Under the pieces are notes generated by a model, which saw nothing but the letters and a program-made list of their open reading frames with translations, searched no databases and was not told where the DNA came from. The translations under genes and the position numbers were made by a program. From positions 1 through 41,838 of the IMG/VR virus record IMGVR_UViG_3300032270_000804: a stretch of 41,838 nucleotides of DNA, one strand, 5' to 3'. This document shows, one piece after another, positions 7,077-14,190 of the stretch. Within the stretch, counting starts at the first letter, position 1. Each line of letters opens with the position of its first letter. This DNA is from a virus (taxonomy: Duplodnaviria > Caudoviricetes).

Positions 7077-8320
7077 TGGACCTCCTCGTACACGCCCCAC
7101 TGCCTACCAGCAATTTTTCCAGTACCGGCATAAGCAACGGTACGACCGATGCTTTTGGCCGTCTACGTATTGCCGCTCCCACAACACTATTTGATTCCAG
7201 CCATCGCTACAAAGACAACAACCTCTGGAGTACCTCCACAGCTTCTGGAGCAACATCAGCATTCGATGCCAACGCCGGTCTAGTCAACCTCAACGTAACC
7301 ACTACATCAGGTTCTGAACTAATCCGCGAAACAACCAAATGTTTCTCGTACCAGCCTGGCAAGTCTCTGCTTGTAATGTCAACGTTCGTCATGAACGCAG
7401 GCAAAACAGGCCTTAGGCAACGCATCGGCTACTACGGCGCCAGCAATGGTTTGTACATCGAACTTAATAACACATCACTATCTTTTGTCGAACGTAGCTC
7501 GTCCAGTGGCTCTCTAGTTGAAACACGCATTACCCAAAACAACTGGAATGTAGATCCCTTAAACGGCACCGGACCATCGGGCATAACTCTTGACATCACA
7601 AAAGCACAGATCCTATGGATGGATATTGAGTGGCTTGGCCTTGGAACAGTCCGCCTCGGCTTTGTTATTAACGGGCAGTTTGTTCATTGCCACTCGTTTC
7701 ACCACGCAAACCTAATTACAAGTACCTACATCACTACAGCTTCACTGCCTTTGCGGTATGAAATTACAAATACCGCAACAACAGCAAGCGCAAGCACACT
7801 AAAACAAGTCTGTTCCACAGTTATTTCTGAAGGCGGCTACGAATTGCGTGGATTACAGCAAGCAATCGGCACCACAATTACAGCACCACGATCCCTAACA
7901 ACCGCAGGCACATTTTACCCAGTAATATCTATCCGTCTTAAATCAACTGCCCTTGATGCGATTGTAATTCTTAGCGCTCTATCTATTCTAGGTGTGAGTA
8001 ATGCTAGTTACTGCTGGCGTGTGGTTGCAACAGCCACTACTACAGGAGGCACTTGGGTTAGCGCCGGAACAGATTCCAGCGTTGAGTACAACTTGACCGG
8101 CACTGCAACAACAGGTGGTCGTGTTCTTGCCCAGGGGTACTTCACCTCAACTAACCAAAGTTCAGGATTTATTGATGTACTAAAAGAAGCCCTATTTAAA
8201 TTTCAACTTGAAAGAAACGGTCTAACTAGCAGCCCTTTTGAGCTGACACTTGCATTAACGGCTAGTTCTGGATCGTCAGATGTCCATGCGTCTACGGACT
8301 GGGAAGAGATCAGTCGCTAG
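7076..8320 (+). CDS. putative virion structural protein (beta-rich, lectin-like)
   Basis: 414 aa Thr/Ser-rich; DAFGRLR, YQPGKS, EWLGLGTVRLGF motifs; lies between portal and scaffold. Confidence 0.65.
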   Translation: MDLLVHAPLPTSNFSSTGISNGTTDAFGRLRIAAPTTLFDSSHRYKDNNLWSTSTASGATSAFDANAGLVNLNVTTTSGSELIRETTKCFSYQPGKSLLVMSTFVMNAGKTGLRQRIGYYGASNGLYIELNNTSLSFVERSSSSGSLVETRITQNNWNVDPLNGTGPSGITLDITKAQILWMDIEWLGLGTVRLGFVINGQFVHCHSFHHANLITSTYITTASLPLRYEITNTATTASASTLKQVCSTVISEGGYELRGLQQAIGTTITAPRSLTTAGTFYPVISIRLKSTALDAIVILSALSILGVSNASYCWRVVATATTTGGTWVSAGTDSSVEYNLTGTATTGGRVLAQGYFTSTNQSSGFIDVLKEALFKFQLERNGLTSSPFELTLALTASSGSSDVHASTDWEEISR

Positions 8321-8370
8321 ACCAACTGTACTTATGTTGTAGACTAGTCCTGTCCAAGTAACACAATGCC

Positions 8371-9078
8371 GTGCCCGAAATTCAAGCAACGGACGTAACT
8401 CCTGTGGAGCCAACCCCGTCTCAGCCTGTGGCTGAAATACCTGACTTTGCGATCCAAATCGAGGCCCTCAAGGCCAAGAATGCCGAACTGATCGGTGAAC
8501 GTCGCAAGGACAAAGAGGCACGGGAAAACCTCCAAGCCCAACTCGAAGAAATTCGGGTGGCGCAGGAGCAAGCCAAAACCCAAAAGCTCGCTGAAACCGG
8601 CGAGTACAAAACGCTCTGGGAAGAAGCTCAAAAAACTGTTGCTGAGCTAAAGCAACAACTGTCCGAAAAAGAATCCACGATCGAAGAAATTCGCAGCGGA
8701 TTCACCAAGGAACAAATCAAATCTGCCGCCATCGCCCAACTTTCCAGCGCTGGTGCAGTTGCTCCCGAACAGCTCTATCGTTTGTTGCAGGAGAACCTTC
8801 GCGCCAAAGATGGACAGCCCGTGGCTGTCGCTGGAGGCGTCGAAGTTCCGGTTGGCGAATATATCGCCAACTTGAAAAATCCGGGCAGTGGGTACGAACA
8901 TCACTTTTCGGCCACCAACCGCTCGGGCATGGGAGTTGCAGGCAGTGCCCGCCCCTCCGCCGTTCCAGGTCAAAACAACCCCTGGTCCAAGGATTCCTGG
9001 AACGTAACCCAACAAATGATCCTTCTCGGCAAGGATCCCGACATGGCCCGCCTCCTCAAAGCCGAGGCTGGCGCCTAG
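8371..9078 (+). CDS. capsid scaffolding protein
   Basis: Coiled-coil 235 aa with C-terminal NNPW motif, immediately upstream of the capsid gene. Confidence 0.85.
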   Translation: MPEIQATDVTPVEPTPSQPVAEIPDFAIQIEALKAKNAELIGERRKDKEARENLQAQLEEIRVAQEQAKTQKLAETGEYKTLWEEAQKTVAELKQQLSEKESTIEEIRSGFTKEQIKSAAIAQLSSAGAVAPEQLYRLLQENLRAKDGQPVAVAGGVEVPVGEYIANLKNPGSGYEHHFSATNRSGMGVAGSARPSAVPGQNNPWSKDSWNVTQQMILLGKDPDMARLLKAEAGA

Positions 9079-9123
9079 CCCCTGTGGGGCACCCCGCATC
9101 ACTAACCCCACTGGAGCAATCCA

Positions 9124-10227
9124 ATGTCTGCCAACCTCGAAAACTATTCCGGCGGTACTTTCCTGTCGGATCTGGTTACGCGCCCCGAGTTCCTTCAGTA
9201 CACCTCTGAAGGCATCTTCAACCAGTCCAAGTGGATCCAATCCGGCATCGTCTCTCGTAACGCTGCCCTGGATGCCCGCGCTGGCGGCACCCGCGTCCAA
9301 GTCCCCTTCTTCGACCCCATCGCCCCCACCGAAGAGGTAATCACCTCTGCCTCCAACTGGGGCACCTCAACCGCTGGTTATCTGACCCCCCAGAAGACCA
9401 CGGCTGACCAACAGATCATGACCATCCTGCACCGTGGCTTTGCCTACGCTGCCGATGATCTGTCCCAGCTCGGTTCTGGCGCCGACCCCCTGGGTCACGT
9501 CCGCAACCAGCTGACCGCCGCCATCAACAAACTGAAGACCGCCACCCTGCTGGCCCAACTGGCTGGTCTGTTCGGCGGCATCAGCGGCGCTGGTGTGCTG
9601 GGTGCCAACCAAACCAACAAAACCGGCACCACGACCGCATCCGAGTCCAACTACATCTCGGCTGCCAACGTGATCGCCGCCCGCAACCTGCTGGGTGAGC
9701 GCGGCTACGACCTCGACACCATCGCGATGCACAGCAATGTGTACTCGTACCTGATGCAGGTCGGCCAGCTGACCTTCTCCACCTCCTCCCTGGCTGCCGC
9801 CGGCAGCATCACCTGGGGCGGCGGCGGTGTTGGCAACACCAACGTTGAAGTCGCTTACTTCTGCGGCCTCCGCGTTGTGGTGGACGACCAGCTGACCTAC
9901 TTGACTGGTGGCACCGCTACCCACCTGGTGAAGTACCCCGTGTACCTCTTCAAGTCGGGTGTGATCTCCGAGGGCGTGCAGCAGGATCTGCGCCTGGCTG
10001 CCGACCGTAACATCCTGTCGATGCAGGACGTGATCGCTGTGGATTACCACTACGGTTACCACGTTGCTGGCACCAAGTGGGCCGCCAACGGCGACAACCC
10101 CACCAACGCCTCCACCAGCGGCAACCTGGCCGCCACCGCCAGCTGGAACCTGGTGTACGGCACCACCAAAATGGTGCCCATCACCCGCCTGCTGGTCAAC
10201 ACCCCCTTCGATGCCACCGTGTATTGA
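9124..10227 (+). CDS. major capsid protein
   Basis: 367 aa, strong C-ending codon bias, GGTRVQVPFF and GLRVVVDD motifs, followed by a terminator. Confidence 0.92.
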   Translation: MSANLENYSGGTFLSDLVTRPEFLQYTSEGIFNQSKWIQSGIVSRNAALDARAGGTRVQVPFFDPIAPTEEVITSASNWGTSTAGYLTPQKTTADQQIMTILHRGFAYAADDLSQLGSGADPLGHVRNQLTAAINKLKTATLLAQLAGLFGGISGAGVLGANQTNKTGTTTASESNYISAANVIAARNLLGERGYDLDTIAMHSNVYSYLMQVGQLTFSTSSLAAAGSITWGGGGVGNTNVEVAYFCGLRVVVDDQLTYLTGGTATHLVKYPVYLFKSGVISEGVQQDLRLAADRNILSMQDVIAVDYHYGYHVAGTKWAANGDNPTNASTSGNLAATASWNLVYGTTKMVPITRLLVNTPFDATVY

Positions 10228-10243
10228 TCTGGGTTTTACCCAC

Positions 10244-10277
10244 AAAAAAGAGGCCCCCAGTGGGGGCCTTTTTCTTT
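10244..10277. terminator. bidirectional intrinsic terminator
   Basis: AAAAAAG-AGGCCCCC-AGT-GGGGGCCT-TTTTCTTT between convergent genes. Confidence 0.9.
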
Positions 10278-10279
10278 GC

Positions 10280-10543
10280 CTACCCGTCAGGATTAAGCCT
10301 CTTCTCCTCCTGCCCCTTAAACACCTGCACCGAATCAATCAGCATCTTGTACGACTGGAGCACGCACTGATTGACCAGCACGTAGTTCACTTGCAATTGA
10401 TCCGCAATCTCAGGAACGGTTAGTCCAGCTTCCTTCAGTTTTTGAATCTCAGGAGTCACATCCCCCCATTCCCGCACCTTCGAGAAATCCAATCCTGGCG
10501 CTACCTTTGCAGCAGCTTCATCAGTAACTTTTTTGATAGCCAT
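10280..10543 (-). CDS. small HTH-like protein on the antisense strand of the morphogenesis operon
   Basis: MAIKKVTDE...GLTVPEIADQLQVNYVLVNQ; ends at the bidirectional terminator. Confidence 0.7.
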   Translation of the reverse strand: MAIKKVTDEAAAKVAPGLDFSKVREWGDVTPEIQKLKEAGLTVPEIADQLQVNYVLVNQCVLQSYKMLIDSVQVFKGQEEKRLNPDG

Positions 10544-10721
10544 GAACTTGGTAAGGCTTTTTCTACTACAGGATACCAACCGCTGGCACGTAGACGTCCC
10601 ATACGGCAAACATTTTGAAGTTGCCGCCGACCTTGAAATGGAAGGCATCGAGATTTACCACGCCAGCCTGCTGGAACCCCCGAAAAAACGCAGATCCCGT
10701 AGAGTTCGCCGCTACACTTAA
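10542..10721 (+). CDS. small hypothetical protein with basic tail
   Basis: MNLVRLFLL...KKRRSRRVRRYT, 59 aa. Confidence 0.65.
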   Translation: MNLVRLFLLQDTNRWHVDVPYGKHFEVAADLEMEGIEIYHASLLEPPKKRRSRRVRRYT

Positions 10722-10741
10722 GCAAAGTCTTTATGTAGTCC

Positions 10742-11269
10742 GTGGCCGCAGTAATCGACGCCACTCTTGCTGGGGCCTCCTCTAACAGCTACGTGACGCT
10801 GGCCGAGGCCAACACGTACTTCGAGACAGTACCCGAATCCAGCACCTGGACTAACAAAACTGACGACCAGAAAAACCGCGCCTTGATTTCCGCCACCCGC
10901 TGGCTCGATGGCCTCAGCTACTACGGCGACCGCTGCGGAACCACCCAAGCCCTGCGCTGGCCCCGCGACAACTACACCGTGGACGGCATCGAGCTGGCCT
11001 GCACGCTGATCCCCAGCGCCATCAAAGCCGCCACCTTCGAGCTGGCCCGCGCCCTCGCCAACGACACCAGCGCCATCACCAACAGCACTGGAACCGGCCT
11101 CTACGAGCAAGTCGAACTCGGCGACCTCAAAGTCAAATACAACAAAAGCAGCCAATCCACCGGCACCATCAACAACGTATTCGACGTATATCCCTGGCTC
11201 CAGGCTTACCTCGGTCCCTACTGCCAAGGCGGCTCCAGCAACTTCCAAGTCCCACTGGTGAGAGGCTGA
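10742..11269 (+). CDS. head-tail adaptor (DnaT-like domain family)
   Basis: SNSYVTLAEANTYF, ALISATRWLD and QALRWPR motifs; position after capsid. Confidence 0.85.
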   Translation: MAAVIDATLAGASSNSYVTLAEANTYFETVPESSTWTNKTDDQKNRALISATRWLDGLSYYGDRCGTTQALRWPRDNYTVDGIELACTLIPSAIKAATFELARALANDTSAITNSTGTGLYEQVELGDLKVKYNKSSQSTGTINNVFDVYPWLQAYLGPYCQGGSSNFQVPLVRG

Positions 11270-11270
11270 T

Positions 11271-11648
11271 ATGTCCCAGGTAGATACCACTTTTGCTGGC
11301 ATCCCCGCCCCCATCCTCGCCAAATGGGGCCACGACATCACGTACCTCAAAACCAGCCAATCCCGCACCTACAACCCCGATACCGGAGTTGTGTCTGGAT
11401 ATGACACGTCTGTAACCATCAAAGCCGTCATCAGCCGCGTCAATCCCCGCGAATATGAAGGTTTGTATCAAGCCACCGACCTCAAAGTCATCATCGGCAA
11501 CACCGAACTAGGCAGTTACTACCCCAGCGAACAAGACCGCATCCAATACCTCCAGGATGGAGCAACCCGCGAGGCGAAAATCATTGCCATTACCAGCTAC
11601 CGAGGAGAATCGCCCATTCTCCACACCCTCATCGCGAGGCCCCAATAA
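11271..11648 (+). CDS. head closure/stopper protein
   Basis: 125 aa with TYNPDTG motif; synteny. Confidence 0.75.
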   Translation: MSQVDTTFAGIPAPILAKWGHDITYLKTSQSRTYNPDTGVVSGYDTSVTIKAVISRVNPREYEGLYQATDLKVIIGNTELGSYYPSEQDRIQYLQDGATREAKIIAITSYRGESPILHTLIARPQ

Positions 11649-12244
11649 TGGCTAACAGAGGCTTTAAGGGTTTTGTTGATTCTCTGGGTCGCAACCTTGT
11701 TGATGTAGACAAAGTTATTGGCACCACTATCGCTAATGGTCAACGTGCATCCGCAGAAAGAATCGTACGAGAACTGCAGCAGGCGGGGCCCAGCTGGAGC
11801 GGCGAATTTTCTAATTCATGGCAAATAAGCACTACTTCTTCAACATCCAAAGGTACCGGAGCACCTGGAGAACCACAATCAATTAAAGCTCCAGTTGTAA
11901 CTGGACGGGAAGCTACTGCAGCACAAATTTTTAAGGATCCTCTTCTTACCGTTACAAATTTTGCTCCTCATGCTCTTGAGGCTATAGATGCAATTCAACA
12001 TAGTCGGCAATACTACGCACGTCGTAAAACAGCTAAACCTACGACTTCATTAGGCCAAAGTAAATTGAAAGATGACGGCCCTCGTAAAGAAGTGAGCACT
12101 CGTGGTGAAACAGGTGGTGGAACTGAGGGATCTAGCTCTAGCCGCACAGCACCACTAGATTGGTTTGCTGACTACGCAAGCTCTAAGCTAGATAGAGCTG
12201 TAAAAATCGAAATGGATTCAGCTTTTCAAAGGAGATTCGGATGA
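11648..12244 (+). CDS. neck/tail completion protein (HK97 gp10-like)
   Basis: GPSWSGEFSNSW motif; synteny. Confidence 0.7.
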   Translation: MANRGFKGFVDSLGRNLVDVDKVIGTTIANGQRASAERIVRELQQAGPSWSGEFSNSWQISTTSSTSKGTGAPGEPQSIKAPVVTGREATAAQIFKDPLLTVTNFAPHALEAIDAIQHSRQYYARRKTAKPTTSLGQSKLKDDGPRKEVSTRGETGGGTEGSSSSRTAPLDWFADYASSKLDRAVKIEMDSAFQRRFG

Positions 12245-12672
12245 ACTACCAAACCATCCGCGCTGCCATCGAAAACCCACTTCTAACGGCATTTGGTGCT
12301 CTGGCGCCAGCAGTACCGGTCTATTTCGACAACATTACAGCTGCACCAGCAAATACAACCACTGAATACGTCCGCGTAAACGTCACTTTTGGTCTAACCA
12401 CAGATCCGACGCTAACTACCACACTAGACAACGCTCGTGGCGCCATCATCATCCGTGTCTTCACCGAAAAAGGCAAAGGCCCCGCCCGCAATCAAACGCT
12501 CCTAAACACCGCAGTAAACGTACTCGAAACAATCAATAATGCCGGTAAGCCATCTACAGGCGTATTTATCCGCGTTGGATCACTAAACGGCCCAACATTT
12601 TCAGCTACAGAAGACACGCCTCTTTTCATGGGGCGTATTGATACATCCTTCATTGCCACGGTTTTAACTTAG
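12241..12672 (+). CDS. tail terminator protein
   Basis: 143 aa, VYFDN and IIRVFTEKGKG motifs, directly before the tail tube gene. Confidence 0.75.
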   Translation: MNYQTIRAAIENPLLTAFGALAPAVPVYFDNITAAPANTTTEYVRVNVTFGLTTDPTLTTTLDNARGAIIIRVFTEKGKGPARNQTLLNTAVNVLETINNAGKPSTGVFIRVGSLNGPTFSATEDTPLFMGRIDTSFIATVLT

Positions 12673-12742
12673 GTTGCAATCGCGCTAACCTAGTAGAAGC
12701 CGGGCAGTGCCCGCCCCACTGCTCATTCTTTAGGTACGTCCT

Positions 12743-13513
12743 ATGGCCACCACCGTTCTTACCGGCACGTCCGGCGCCCTGTACTACAAACCTGCAGGCA
12801 CCACCTCCACCTTCAGCCCCTCCGACGTCACGACCGCTGGCGCTCTGTTGAACGTTGGCTCCTACTACAACTTCAAAGTAGGCGATCCCGTCAAATTCAG
12901 CGTCGTCAACCAAGCTGGCGGCACCGCTACCGGCACACTGCCTTCCGGCATTACAGCTGGCACCACCTACTACGTCATTGGCTACGTCGCTGCCACCGGC
13001 GTTCTGACTGTTTCCGCCACCCTCGGCGGCTCGGTCATCACGATCACCACCCAAGGCACCGCCGTCAGCCCCAACAAATTCCAAGTCGCTTACGCCGACT
13101 ATGTGGTTGTTGGTCAAGTCCGCGACTGGAGTTTCGACATCAGCCGCGCTGAAATCGACGTCACCACCATCGGTCAAACTCCTGGTCAGTATGTTCCCTT
13201 CAAGAACTACATTGCTGGCTTTGGCGATGGCACTGGTTCCTGCACGGTGTATATGTCCGACGATGACTTTGCGGTCTCTAACCGCATGATCGAAGACGTG
13301 CTGCAACGTCTGCAAGGTGGCGCAGCCTTCAAGCTGTACACCAACCGCATCATCAGCAGTGGCAGCGTGGACGACACCAAATCCCGCTCGATCGCCATGG
13401 ACGCCATTCTGACCAGCGCCTCGATCTCGGTGGATCCAGACAACGCTCAGACCATTGCGATCAACTTCCGTCCCGCATCCACTCCCACCTTCGACTTCTT
13501 GACTACTGCCTGA
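12743..13513 (+). CDS. major tail tube protein
   Basis: VGQVRDWSFDISRAEIDVTTIG motif, highly expressed codon bias, followed by a terminator. Confidence 0.88.
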   Translation: MATTVLTGTSGALYYKPAGTTSTFSPSDVTTAGALLNVGSYYNFKVGDPVKFSVVNQAGGTATGTLPSGITAGTTYYVIGYVAATGVLTVSATLGGSVITITTQGTAVSPNKFQVAYADYVVVGQVRDWSFDISRAEIDVTTIGQTPGQYVPFKNYIAGFGDGTGSCTVYMSDDDFAVSNRMIEDVLQRLQGGAAFKLYTNRIISSGSVDDTKSRSIAMDAILTSASISVDPDNAQTIAINFRPASTPTFDFLTTA

Positions 13514-13536
13514 TAACTTCCCGGTTATCACCACCG

Positions 13537-13564
13537 AGCCCCGGCCTTCCAGCTGGGGCTTTTT
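13537..13564 (+). terminator. intrinsic terminator
   Basis: AGCCCCGGC-CTTCCA-GCTGGGGCT-TTTT. Confidence 0.85.
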
Positions 13565-13606
13565 CATGACTACTGCGCTACAGTAAAGCCATACCTCAAA
13601 AGGTTC

Positions 13607-13954
13607 ATGGCTTCTTCTATTCCCGTGCGTGCGATTGATCGGCTGCGTAAAGCCGCCAACCTCGAACCCGCCAAAAAGCTGGTGGAACTCAGCGATGGCA
13701 GCACGTTTGAAATGTGGGTGGCACCCTTGACGATGGCCGAACGTGAACGCGCCCAGAAAAACGCCAAATCCGACGACGCCAACGCCTTTGCACTCCAGCT
13801 TCTAATCCAAAAAGCCTGCGACGAAAACGGCAGCAAACTCTTCAGCACTGGCGAAATCGACGTTCTTAAAAACGAAGTCAAGGACAAAGACCTCCAGTCC
13901 CTGATGCTGGCAATCTTGACTGACGACAGCGAGCCAATCGACCCAAAATCCTGA
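13607..13954 (+). CDS. tail assembly chaperone (gpG-like)
   Basis: Between tail tube and tape measure genes; ends GAC CCA AAA TCC TGA with slippery CCCAAAA. Confidence 0.88.
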   Translation: MASSIPVRAIDRLRKAANLEPAKKLVELSDGSTFEMWVAPLTMAERERAQKNAKSDDANAFALQLLIQKACDENGSKLFSTGEIDVLKNEVKDKDLQSLMLAILTDDSEPIDPKS

Positions 13955-14139
13955 GTACCGAACTCCGCAAGGACAGCTGGCTCATGCTCCAATTTGGCGT
14001 CGCCAAAGAGCTGGGCCTAACCCTTTCCCAAGTTCGGTCCACAATGACCGCCGAAGAACTCCTCGGCTGGAGCGCCTATTTCGTCATCCTCAATGAGGAC
14101 CAGGAAAAGGCCATCCAAGATGCAAAACGCCGCCGCTAA
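13948..14139 (+). CDS. tail assembly chaperone extension (gpT-like), reached by -1 frameshift
   Basis: -1 frame open from C-CCA-AAA (13942-13948) to TAA 14137-14139: ILSTELRKDSWLMLQFGVAKELGLTLSQVRSTMTAEELLGWSAYF... Confidence 0.88.
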   Translation: MLSTELRKDSWLMLQFGVAKELGLTLSQVRSTMTAEELLGWSAYFVILNEDQEKAIQDAKRRR

Positions 14140-14157
14140 CCACGGCGGCTTTTTATT
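14129..14157 (+). terminator. intrinsic terminator
   Basis: GCCGCC-9 nt-GGCGGC-TTTTTATT. Confidence 0.7.
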
Positions 14158-14190
14158 GGGTACACTAAGGTACCAGGTAGTAGCGGCGCC

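Noticed and set aside
8647-9300. 217 aa antisense ORF, and the similar one at 10718-11368
   Set aside because: Overlap well-supported structural genes on the opposite strand
9367-10338. 323 aa ORF antisense to the major capsid gene
   Set aside because: Shadow ORF expected from strong codon bias on the sense strand; it also crosses a terminator
12650-13567. 305 aa ORF antisense to the tail tube gene
   Set aside because: Same shadow effect; no recognisable motifs
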